Source: Psammoneis japonica
Lineage: Eukaryota
Reading direction: 5' to 3'
Length of the DNA stretch: 64,000 bases
Assembly: GCA_008632985.1 (NCBI GenBank)
Contig: QPGO01000014.1
Location: forward strand, 310,001 to 374,000
Shown: in pieces, positions 25,089-37,200 of the stretch
How the letters are laid out: each line of letters starts with the position of its first letter
Position numbering within the stretch: position 1 is the stretch's first letter
Notes under the pieces: generated by a model
Database searches by the model: none
Seen by the model: the letters and a program-made list of their open reading frames with translations, nothing else
What the model was told of the DNA's origin: nothing
Position numbers and translations under genes: made by a program

Positions 25089-28000
25089 CCCCCGTGAAGA
25101 TTTTCGTCTGTTTTTTGTCCGTTCGTGCCCACAGGGGCACGAAAGGAGGCTACGTAGGACTGTACCAGCAAATCCTGTAGATGCACGTTTCCATGCCAAC
25201 AAGATTCATGAACCTCTCAAACGAAAAGAGACAATGGCGTCGTTCTGGATCAACGCCGTAGTTGCCACGTCTGAAACCGCAGCGCGCCGCTTTTTCTGCT
25301 CGTAGACTTGTACGCTGTCCTGGTACAAAGGTCATTGCATGCATGGAGTCTACGATGAGGTCACACTGAAGGAAGAATTCTCGAATTTGAATTCTCAGCA
25401 ATCAACCGAGTTTGTTTACTTTCTATTTTTTTATGCTGCCAACCAAGTCTTACAATCACACATCCCTGATTCTACCTGCATAAGACGACACTGAGATTTC
25501 AGTCCACACATAAGTTCACTTGCACCAATGGATGAATCGGCGTTGTGCTCGGTGACGACGTCCGAATCAGATTGGGTGGAGCATTTCAATCCAACAGAGG
25601 ACTTGAATTTTTGCGACGAGGATCTCCACTTGATTGAGGACAGCTTGATGGATGAGCATGATAGAACCGAGCAGTCAAAGGACCGTCCAAAATGGAAAGT
25701 GGACAATGATGGGAAAGATGTTAAGATTGCCTTTAGCCAAGCTCCCCAAAAGGTGTGGGAGACGGCCAAAGCCGAGATTACAGAGTGTCAAGGTTATTCA
25801 GAATGGTTCCAAGGACGCAAGCATGCATTGACCTCCTCTGGTTCTGATGCTCAAGTTTCAGTTCACCTTAGATTGGACAAAGCGCGAGAGCAGAGGCAGT
25901 CGCATTGGGTGTGCCTTGAGAAGCATCTCGACACGGCATCTGGTGTCGAAGATTTGGTGTGTCAAAATGATGACGATGATACGGCACCGGCTCAGAATGA
26001 CAATGATGATGCCACTGCACAATCCAATCCAATGACTGTTGGTGAAGGGAATGCTGCTGGCTCAGAGGACACCGATGATGATGACATTGTAGATTGGGCT
26101 GAGTTGGAAAAACACTTAGATTCAGACATGGAAGAGGAGGAGCGGATTTCTGTTATCGAGAGTCGCCGTTGGGAAGCAAAGGAGGCGTTGAAGAAAGCAA
26201 AGGAAATTCTCAGTGATGCAGTTGACTCCACCAAACGAAATGAGGTGTTGCGAGCCAAACTAATGTCGGAGTTGAAAGCTGGCGAGCACAAGGATCTCCT
26301 GAAGGCGTTCGTCAAACAAATGGGGTGGAAGGTTTGTAAGACGCACAAGGCAAACCTGAAAAACGCAGTTACGTGGCTAGAGTGTACCCCCGCCTCTCGA
26401 CCCTACATCGTGCTGAACAAGGAGCAACTGAAGGTAAGCATGTGTAATTGCTGCTACTGACATTATTTTACTATAGATCTAACCGAGTCGCTCCGAACCA
26501 TTATTTGCTGACAAAGGCAAAATACCGAGAATGTATTAACAGCACGATACCGTCGAGTGTGACAAAAACGATGACTTCATAGCGATTCTGAGCGGTGAAG
26601 TCTCCGCACCAGTTGCAAGAGATGGCGATAGTGAGCCAAAAACGCCACTGGAAGCAATGGTGAAAACCACTTTTCTTCCACCACTCAAAGGTGAGGCGGC
26701 GGAGCTCTGTAGATTGGACATGAGATGGAAGAACAGTGCGGAAAAGATTTTCTTGGTGTTGCAAGCGGCGAAGGAGTGCGACTCGAAAACAGATCCGTAT
26801 TTGTTGCAAACAATCTCTTCAGAGCCGGCCTGCTACAGAAGCAAAATCGCCCTTATCAAAAGGACAGTCCAGACTTCCTCTGCACTGGAACAATAGACGA
26901 TAAGCGAATCGTAGCGGTTGTCGAGATGAAGGCGCGTTGCAAATCTACTACCGCCGCCAAGGAGCGTCAGCGCATCTCCGAAGTTGGTGAATTTTCGTTT
27001 GTATCATGTGATTCGCCTGAGTTACGCAAGTTCATACTTAAACGTTCAGAGGCAGTTCAGGTGAGCTGATGCACGGAATAACTATTTGATACTGTCGTTG
27101 TAACGGTAACTCACCTCAGTCTCCACGACTTCCTCGCTACAGTGCGCTCATCATGCAAGCACCCTTGGAGTCAACCACGTCATTCTTGCCACTGGAGACA
27201 GAGTAGGCCTTACAGCAATGGTGGTTATTGAGTGCTCCGACGAGTTCCTTGAAAACTACGAAAAGTGCATCAACGACATGTACGAGTCGGCATTGAAGTG
27301 GCGTACGAGGAGGGCGTCGACATTCCAACCGAAGAGCTCAAGGCTGCTGTGAAAACTGCACGAGTAAAGGTGGACTATGAGTCATTTATGAAATCAATTT
27401 ACTTTTGGAAAGAACTGACGAAGCCTCAGTACTTACCACTCCCACCGTGCGAGAGGATCATTCCCATGCAGGATGCGTACTGGAACAACACCAAGCATGG
27501 GTCGGACGTCAAAACCCAGTACTGCCAAAACCTATCAGCCCCAATTCCTGTCACATCTGCCGGAGCTAAGGCATACGACCGCATGCAAATGACAGCACTA
27601 TCCGACATCCACAAAGGCGCTACCATGTTTATTACCAAGGAAGATCTCAACCAGTGCAATTCCCTTCACGACTTCAGAGACGATGCAAAGCACAAGATGA
27701 GCTTCAGAAAAGCACTCCTTCGATTGTCTAAGTTTTCAAGAAGCTGAGCCAGCAAAATCTCCAAAGTGGAATTGGTTCTCCTTCGTCTTTTACAGGGATC
27801 GTTACACCATCACCAGCAACTCCAGTACAGCCGCCGAGGTGGATGCGCGGTGAAATTCAAAAGGAACCAACCAATTTTGTAGCAAAAGGAACTGGAAAGT
27901 CTCCCAAGCGCTCTCACCTAGAAGCTCTACTGAAACCAAAGGACAGTTCTGAAGAGGTCCCTTCCAAGCGATTCAAGAGTTGTCGGGGTGTACCTGTGTT

Positions 28001-28493
28001 CAGAGCAAATGAAAACAATGGAAGTAAGAAAGGGAGTGGAGCTTTGGCGCGATGTATCATGTGCGACTCCAAGACACATTGGTATTGCTCTGGCTGTCGT
28101 CAATGGTATTGTTGCGATAGTCCCCGTCCGCAAAGCGCTGGAGTCCCATACTTTCAAGATTCGTCAACGTACCGTGATGGGAAAAACAGGGATCGACCAA
28201 TCGCCGGCGTGTACACATGCTTTATGCACTGTCACCCATCCATTGTGAACCAGGGATAGTAATATGTATTTGTATTTAGTGAATATATCATCTTTTTGAC
28301 CACCGGCGTAATTGTAGTACTTTGGAATATCATTTGTTGACAAGACGAGCGTTGTGTTGATGCTTTATCAATGAGAGCCGGTGTTTGTTTTGCACGTACA
28401 ACTCGGTATGAAACCTACAGGGGCGTCGTTCGTGCCCACAGGAGCACGAACTTTTGCGTTCGTGCCCACACGCGCACGAAACTATCACGCGGG
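25089..28493 (+). mobile_element. piggyBac-like DNA transposon with CTAG target-site duplication
   Basis: CTAG|CCCCCGTGAAG ... ATCACGCGGG|CTAG imperfect TIRs. Subterminal TTCGTGCCCACA...GCACGAA hairpins at both ends. The paralogous locus near 50465 lacks the insert. Confidence 0.88.
25528..28259 (+). CDS. Transposon ORF: YqaJ/lambda-exonuclease-like domain followed by piggyBac-type C-terminal catalytic motif and Cys-rich domain; two introns (~26434-26516, 27061-27141) and homopolymer frameshifts
   Basis: QGYSEWFQGRKHALTSS, LGHEMEEQ, DSPDF, VEMKAR (YqaJ-like); YWNNTKHGSDVKTQ and CIMC..THWYCSGC...CFMHCH (piggyBac-like). Confidence 0.65.
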
Positions 28494-28759
28494 CTAGTGG
28501 TCGATTGGTGTTGTATGCCTTTTTCAGTTTATCATCTTTTTTATGAACATCTCTACCAGTGGATACTGCTTTTTCCATCCCAGCCAGGTTAGATATAGGA
28601 AGGAACGTAAAGGCGATAGTGTTGGCGGGGAATTCGTGTTGCATGAAATTCGAGCTCCGCACTCTCAAAAACTGTAGACTTTTCGAAAATGCGTCAGAAA
28701 GCTCGGCTGCGCCGTTTCGCAACAAAAGAAACTTTTTTTGGCAAATGCCCACAACTTTA

Positions 28760-30194
28760 ACAATGTCACCACAACACACCCAAGACACCACTGCTGTCAA
28801 CAATTGTCACACATCATTTGTGGAATTTGTTTGTTGACTCAGCGATGTGACAGCAGTCATTTTGAAGGATGAGGCACTTTTGACTTTTGAGTCACAAAAC
28901 CATCTTCACAAGGCATCAGCGCGAATGTCTGTGTGAGCACACAAGAAACCAAAAAACCGCAACTTGGCATTGTTCTTCATTGTCCACACAACACATTTGA
29001 TTGCTTGCCCTTGCAAAGCAACCATTTTTGAAGGACGAGAGGCATTTTGTGTCTTTTCCTCAAATTTTTGCTGAGATTTGAAACTTGCTCAGGACTCTGC
29101 AAGAATTTGCTGCCTGTGATTCAGCCCTTCACTGGCCGAGTGTTCAGAGAGAATGTTTTCATCAATGGCTGGCATCATGGGGGCTTGCTGCTGACTGCTG
29201 TTGCAAAAAGAGAGATTCTGTTCTTGGTCAGCTTTGTTGGCATGATCGATTGTGTTGCTGAAAAAATGTGCAAAAAGTGCGCTCTGGTTTGAGTTGACCC
29301 CGTGCCCCTCTGCACTTGCAAGCAAGGCAACAATGAGAGATGGAGGTGCAAAGGTTTTTCTGTTGCAGGGAATTCCTTGTTTGGCCCTTGATTTCCTCCG
29401 ACAAGGAAAGATGAGGAGGAAACCAGATGAGGAAAAAATGGTTGTCATGGCTCGCTGCGAAGAAGTTTGTTCTGGCATCATCCTTTCATCCACTGGCATC
29501 ATCCTTTCATCCACTGGCAGCAAACTTTTTTCTGCTGGCAGCAGACTTGTCCAGAGCATGCAGCTGCTAAAACACTTTAGATGCTGCGTTGGACAAGTGA
29601 GGCAAATGCTGTTGGGGGGACCACATTGTGGGAATCATGGGACCAACACAACAATGCCATTCTCATGGTCATGATTTGGACACTGGCAAATCCGTGCACA
29701 ACGGCATGACACAGAGGCAGAAGTCCAGACTGCATGCTTGTGGTCTGGCAATTGCTTGGCCAAGGATTGATTCAGTTGACGAACATCTCACTCACTCCAC
29801 TCACAGGCTTTGAAATTGGTTGGCAATCATCAGCCCCAAGTTTAAATCCAGCATCTGTGAAGCAAAACGGCTGGCTTTGCAAGGCACTCATGCTGTTGCC
29901 AGCTGCTTTGGCATGGCATCACCTGATGGTGATGCCAATTCAGGCTGATTGCTGCATGCCCCTGCCGCACTTTAAGTGCGCTGGGGGTGTGGGTCAGCTT
30001 GTTTGTCGGAGTTGCGGGGCGGAAGTGCAGCAGCACCTTAAAAACAGATTGTGGGTTTTGTTTTGTTGGGGAGCATGTTGTTGGACAATGAAAAATTGAT
30101 TGTTGCAACATGGCTGCAAGTTGCAACCAACACGGCACTTTTGTCCAGCAGTTGACTCATCCTGTTGCAAGTGACAGAATCCACAGCTGCCAAA
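28760..30194. other. Heavily degraded TpA/CpG-poor sequence, continues at 31792-32380
   Basis: Composition only. Interrupted by the deleted Copia copy. Confidence 0.5.
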
Positions 30195-31786
30195 TGTCAG
30201 CCCAACTGTCCCATGACAGACAGACTGTGTGTGGATGATGATCATTCAGACAGATGAGCAGATCACTCTGAGATCTGCCTCTCACTTTTTTTCACTGGTG
30301 CTCATGTTGTCACAGTCCTGCAACAGTGATTGGGGAGTCCATTGTGCCATTGTCTCAATTGCCCTTCGGTGTTCTGTGAGGTTGTGGCCTCACGCTGTGC
30401 CACTGAACTCTGTGCCACACTTTCCATTTTGGTTCATTTGCTTTGTGAGCCAATCAAGCAAGCCTCATCTTTTGCTCCCAAAAGCATGCTTTGTGAGCCA
30501 ATCAAGCGAGCCTCATCTTTTGTTCCCAAAAGCATTTCTTTCTCACTTTCCTGGCATTTTTCATGCTTGTTGAAACACACCAGATTTCCTTGTGTGCATG
30601 ACCAAAATTGTTTTCACCAGATGCAACCATGGCCATCTCCTGGCCCTGCAAAAGCCACTCCCACAACTGTTGCAGAGATCTGCTGTGATTTCCAACCACA
30701 TGTCACCACACCGCATCTCCACGCATCTCTGAAAGGGCTTTGCATGGACTCCACATTTCATCTGGATCTGTTCTTTGAAGACCCTGAGCATGCTCAACCT
30801 GAGAAGAACATCGCGGACTTGTTTCATGATCATCTTGTCAATCAAGCATTCCCACCTTGCACAACAGACCTCGCCAACACACAGTCTGTCAAAGCAATTG
30901 TGGATCAAGCACCTCTTCAAGTTGTTGACCCTGACAAGCCTTGTGTGTTTTGCTTGACTCCTGAAGCTCCATCTTCCATGATCAAATTGACTCTTCAGAA
31001 TCACAGACAATCTTCACACATTCTCGTGTCAATGCAGCATGCCCACATTGATCCTGACATGCAATGGAATTGTGGAGATCGGAACAAGTTTTCTCTAACT
31101 CCTGGATGCACAACTGTTGTTGGTGTGAATGATCTGGCAGCAGCGCTCAAAGAGTTTGCATCAAAAGCCAAGTTCTGCCTTTGACTGCTGCTGGCAAGAC
31201 ATCAGGAAGCGCTGCATTGTCCACAACATCAAAACACCCATTCAACCCCAACACTCCACCCAAGGATGTTCACGAACGTTGTGATCACAAGGAATGTGGT
31301 GACATCACATTGAAGAGCTCGCTCACTCATTTTGACCATGGACACCATCACTGTGTTGATGCCAAGGCTCCAGGATGGGTGCTCCATGCTTGCCATGCTC
31401 AACACATGATGGGACACTGCCGCTGATGTTTTTTTTTCGTGGCGGCCTTCCTGCTGCACATTGCCCCCTTGTTTGTTGCACATTGGACTTGGACACTTGT
31501 TGTGTCCTTTGGTCTCCATCCCCACATCATCCCTGTTCTGTGGATTGATCTGCATTGTCTTTCATTTTTAGACATTGCAGATCAGGGGGGAGGGTGTCAG
31601 CCTGTCTGTCCCGCAATGGACAGACTGCACATGGATGATGACCAGACCATTTTTTGGACAGACAAGCAGATCTCTCTGAGATCTGCCTCTCACTTCTTCT
31701 TTTCTGCCAATGCTCATGTCATTACAGTCCCAGTGCTCAGGGAGTCCATCACACCATTGTCCTCATTGCCCTTCAGTGTTCTGTTG
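30195..31786 (+). mobile_element. Internally deleted (TRIM-like) relative of Copia-1
   Basis: LTRs 30195-30379 and 31595-31786 homologous to Copia-1 LTRs, TSD CCAAA on both sides, PBS-like GGTTGTGGCC, PPT AGGGGGAAGGG. 5' gag is fused near 31365 to the last codons of RNase H. Confidence 0.88.
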
Positions 31787-32403
31787 CCAAAACACTTGCC
31801 AACAACTTCTTTTTCAATGCCGCGCCAACTGCGCTCAATGGGCAAGGCAGATGATGCCATTGGGGACCACATTCTTGAGGACAAAGAGATGAGCTCCAAT
31901 GGTCTCTTCCAGCTTCTTGTTCTGTCCCAGCTGAGTCCACAACAAGCTCAAGTTGGGAGAAAGTTGTTCAACACATGCGTTTGGCAACAAGAGCTCCTTG
32001 ATCTTTCTCTGGCTGCCCGCATTGTCATCTTCGACAATCGCTGTCATGACAAGTTGTGTTCCATGTTGCCGGCGCGCTCTTGTCATTGTGCTTTTGTTCT
32101 CTCAGGCTTTGTTGCTGACAGTCGCGTGCCTAAAAACAATGTGCAGGCACACCACAGCCATCCCTGCTTGTTGTTCATGAGCTCGAATTTGCACACAGAG
32201 ACACAATGCTCCAGAGCATGTCTGTGCATTTGCACAGATTTGCACCAGTCGCATTGTAGAGTGATGTTGTTTGCCTGCCCCAATGAACTCTTTCTTGTGC
32301 ACAAAACACTTCTCAAGCCTGCCGGATGGGTTGGAGGCACATTTTCTTGGTGCAAGCACGTGGAATTTAATGCAGCTGCACACAGATGGTCTCTGGAGAC
32401 CAT

Positions 32404-34209
32404 GGAGTCACCTCAAAGTTGTTGAAACTGTGACTCAAATTGAAAAGCTTTCATCCTTGAACAATTTCACAAAATTTTGCAGTGTCTGCATTGTGGCACT
32501 GTTGGCAAATTGGGCTGCACAAAATTCAGCCTGTTGCCCATCACACATGCAAGCAATGAACAGCTGCACTTGGCGCTTTGTGTGGCTTTCAACAACAAGA
32601 AAGCAATTGCAGCATTTGTTGCCAAATGACTTTCAACAATGTTTTGTTGAAAGTTGTTAACTTTCAACACTTTTTTGTTGAAAGTCGTGACAACTTTTTG
32701 TTGAAACAAGTGACTTTCAACAACTGCTTTTTGTTGAAAGACACAACTTTCAACAACCTCGCCAGAAAATGCATTGGCACAAAAATCTGATTGGACAAGT
32801 GACGTGGTCTGAGACAAGCACGCATGACCAATGTGCATCATTGAATGCAGCATGTGGAACAATTCCCACTTTGCACAGCAGCAAACTGCAGCGCAGCACA
32901 ATGAAGCAAGCCGACGGTGTCCCACTTTACAGCGTGATGTCTCAACAATGCTTGCACCATTTTCCCGTTTCTTTTTTCATCATTGGGAGCAATTGCACAA
33001 TGCGTCCTGCTGGGTTTGCCCCATTGTGTGTCATTGAGAATTGTGGAATTCTGTTTTGTTTGAAACCTCAAAGCAGCTTCAAATTTGGAGAAGCATGCAC
33101 AAAGGATGCAGGTCAGTGCCACTCAATTCTCAGTGGTGCTGTCACCAGTGTTCTCACTTCTGAGTCTCTCATTGATTCCAACAAGACTCAGAACAGCAGG
33201 TGGGATTGCCAGGCTCAGAGCACAGAGCAGCCAATGGTTTGGCACCAGTGTTTCACTCAGAGCTGCAGATGGTGCCTGATGATGCACTGGGTGAGATGGA
33301 AGTGCATTGGAAGGCAGCTCACTTGGAGCCATCAAAGGTGCTCCGCTGTTGGCAGATTTTAAGAAATTAAGAATTCTGAAACCACTGCAGCCAAAAAATC
33401 TGAAACTGCTGTGTTGCACACTCTGAAGCTGCCACCACAAACTTTGAAACTGCTGCCATGAATTGTCAAACTGCCAGAACCACCAAACCAGCACTGAACT
33501 GCTGAGCCAACTTCAAGCCACTCTTGGTGGCTTTGGCAAGGCATGCATCACTCCAGCTGTTGTCATCACGATCTTTGACTTTTGTGTCGCCCAACTGCAG
33601 TGCAACCCTGAGAACAATGGCTGTCAGTGACCCTGACATGTGTCTCCTCCTCAATGGACAAACGGCTCACCCTTCACCCACCACAATGTCAGCTGGAATT
33701 GGGTTCACCACTCTTTGATGTGTGGTCAATGATGCAATTGAGGCATGATTTCAGGTTGAAAGAGCTGTTGAATGCACTGACTTTCAAGAGAATGTTTTTG
33801 TTGAAAGCACAACTTTCAACAAAAAGTTGTTGAAAGATCTAACTTTCAATGGATTTTTTTTTAAGATCTAACTTTCAACAGATTTTTTTGAAAGATCCAA
33901 CTTTCAACAGATTTTTTTGAAAGATCTAACTTTCAACAACTTTTTTGTTGAAAGATCTAACTTTCAACAACTTGTTGTTGAAAGTTGGTTGTCTGTTGAG
34001 TTGTGACAGCAAACTCAATGTGAAACATCTGTGGCTGAGTGTTTTCACACAAGGAAAAGGCAATTGTGTTGTCTTCAATGGACGCATGTTGCACAGCACG
34101 CAAAAATGTCCATTTTGTCAGAGTCAACAGCGGGAATCAGATGCACTGTGCCTGCATGCACAAGCACAACAGGACAGCTTTGAGCTTTCAACAGATTTGA
34201 GGTGACTCC
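32404..34209. mobile_element. Degraded non-autonomous TIR DNA element with subterminal palindromic arrays
   Basis: TIR GGAGTCACCTCAAAGTTGTTGAAA / TTTCAACAGATTTGAGGTGACTCC. Arrays of ACTTTCAACAA...TTGTTGAAAG at ~32628-32757 and ~33780-33986. Confidence 0.7.
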
Positions 34210-37200
34210 CACATTTGCAGGTGACAGTGCACAGATGGTCTCTGGGTGCTGGAGACCATCTGTGCATGTTGAACAGGGTGTCACAATGTCCAGATTGTCA
34301 TCCACAAAGCAAAGCATGATGAGATGCAATGGGCATGGTGCAATTCTTTTAGGTGCTGATGTTGCAATGACCAAATTGAGATTGTGAGGAGAGGAGACTC
34401 TCAACGTCTCCTCTTCTGAATCACTTGAGTGATGTTTTTGTTGCTGACATGATTCTTTGCAACGGTGAGTCACAATGACCATCGTGGTGATTTGACAATC
34501 TTCACACTCCCTCTCAGTGTCTTGCAAGTTGAATCAGCCAATCAGATTGAGTTTTTGTTGCTCTGGTTGCCATTGCTTGTGAAGAGCAATTGCCCTTCAC
34601 ACTCACCAACCCACGACCAAAGGACACAAGGCCTCAAGTGCATCAGCAGTCAAGGGCTCATCAAGACAGTCTGCCAGTTGATCCTTTGAATCAATGCCCT
34701 TTGTTGAAATCTCCTTCCTTGTGGCACAGTCACGGAAGTGATGCAACTTGACATTCAAGTGCTTGGTGCATGGTCTGCACTCATGTGCGTGCGCCATCTC
34801 CAGAGCAATGCTGTTGTCTTCAAACACTCGGCAATGAATGAATCTTGGGCTGTGATGTCTTGATGGGGAATCCGTGCCACTTGAGTTCTTTCAGCATCTC
34901 CATCAAGGGCATGGTTTTTTGCAGAGCACATGACAAGCCAGTGCACTCAGACTCAGCACTGCTTGTGAGGCTGTCTCAGTCTGAAGCTGAGATTTCCACA
35001 ACATGGGACAACCTGCACAAGCAACAACACAACCATGTCATGATCTTGCTGTGTCGCAATCTTGGCATGCTTCTTGTGGATCCCAATTGCCGGAATCCTC
35101 ACCTTTTGCAGGTTTCAGGACAGCACCCTTGTCTCTGGTCTTGCACAAGTGTTGGCCCAGCCATCTGATGGCCTTGCCATGCTCAACCTTGGGATCTGCT
35201 GCAAACTGTGCACACTGGTGGGTGATGCATGCAATGTTGCTTCGGGTGCACTTCTCCAAATGGCTCAGCTTTCCAACCACAGATCTGCAGTTGAAGGAAC
35301 CATCAAACAGTTCTGAGTTAGAATGCCTCAGGAGAATTTTGGAGGATGCGCGTGAGCATCCTTTGGCAGTGTGTTTGGCAAATCCAATTGCAAGTCCTTG
35401 AGCATTTGGTCAATTGGGTGTGGTTGCGTCAAATGAATGGTGCCATTGTCTTTTCTCACGACATTGACACCCAGAAAATCCTGCATGTCTCCTTCCACAG
35501 CAATGTCAAGCTTTGCCTCTTTAAGTTCCTTGATGATTTGATCAACTTCAATTTCATCAGGACCGGCAATGAGTGAGTCGTTGGTGCACAGGAGACACAT
35601 GGTTTTCCCACAATAAAACACACACTTGTCAATTTTTGATTGATCAAATCCAAGCTTGTTCACAAGCCTGTCAACCAAGTGCTTGTTCCATGCTCTGCCA
35701 GCCTGTTTTTGACCATGTGCATTTCAACGGAGCTTCAGAACACAGTCCTTGGCATTGCCTTTGTCGATTTTGAATCCCACTGGCATTTCCATGTAAAGCT
35801 CTTTCTCTGCTGGTGCTTTAGGAAAGGCTGAGTTGCAGTCCAATTGCTTGGAATGCCACCCATTCATTGCTGTCAGGGTGAGCTTCATTTGAATGAAATT
35901 TTGTGATGCTGCTGGCGTGCATGTCTCATCACAGTCTCACCCATTTCTCATTCTCAAGCTGTCAACATTCAAGCGAGCTTTCCACTTCTTGACCTTGTGA
36001 GTCCCAATGTTGTGCTTGCATTTCATCTGCCACACTGCTGGCAGCACCTTGCTGTCTCTTTTCACCTTTGATCATGGAATGATGGAGAAGTCACCATTTT
36101 CCATTTGATCTGTCACCTCCTTTTGCATGGCTTTCAGGAATTGTGTGCAATCTGGTTCCTTCATTGCCTGATGCACGCACATGGTGTCAGGATCTGCTGA
36201 TGCTTCACAGGCAAGGAGGGGATTCTTCTCTTCCCAGAGCACTTGTGAGTCTTGGGATGCATTGCAGCCAAACACATTGTCTCACCCTTGACATTGCTCC
36301 TTGTTTCAGCACTGATTTTAGACATCATGGCTTGCATCAGTCTGCTGACCGGTCGGCTTTTACACCCTGAACAAGTCACTTTCAGTGCATTGACGCCACT
36401 TCATGTCTCATCAGACTTGCGCTCACTTAGAGCTGCTTCCAGAGATTCAGTCGCAGGTGTGGATCCACCCTTGTCTGTTTGAGTTGTGTGTGTGGACATC
36501 TTGCCTTGACGCCACTTGGCCAGTGGCCACTGCAGTGTCACCGCTCTGTTGTGGTGGCTCCGGATCTTGTGGGTCAGTCCATTGAACTTGTTTTTGTTGT
36601 TTCTTGCCCTGCTCAGCTCCCTCTGAATTTGCTTTCTGCTTTTTCATGATTGGAGCTGGTGTGGATGCCGTTTTGGCTGCTCCACCAGTTTTGGCCTTCA
36701 TTGCCTCCCTCTTGGCTGTGAAGCCGGCTTTGACCTGCCATTGCAAATCAAGCTTGTCCTGCTGCACTGTGTGGAAGGATGGATCATGTTTGACATGGAA
36801 CTGTGGGCTCATCAGAGCAGTGGCTTGATCCAATGCAAGCACCACATTCTTTCCATGCATTGGGCTTTGGCCCAAGTAGACTCCGACCCTTGATCTTTGC
36901 TTCCGTTTGTGGCGCAGCAGGTTGGATTGCCACAAAGTGCCATCACGAATGTGCGCTGGACAGCCAAAAGGTTTCCAGTGCTTTGGGTTTGCAGAGACTC
37001 AAGATTTGGAGAACATCTTTGGTGGGGTCAACTTGCCCTTGTTTTGTTGTGCACGTTGTTGGCCATTGGCATCACGTGAGGCCACAGGTTTGCTGTGATT
37101 GCCTTCTTCCACTGGCTTTGAGCATGTGTTGACATGCTCCGTGCCAGATCTTGAAGTTTGCAGATTTGGCACTTGGCCATGCCGTTCATGTGATGAGCAC

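Noticed and set aside
32628..33986. CRISPR-like array (palindromic ~30-bp units ending in TTGAAAG)
   Set aside because: No unique spacers and no cas genes. Eukaryotic context, and the units lie inside a TIR pair.
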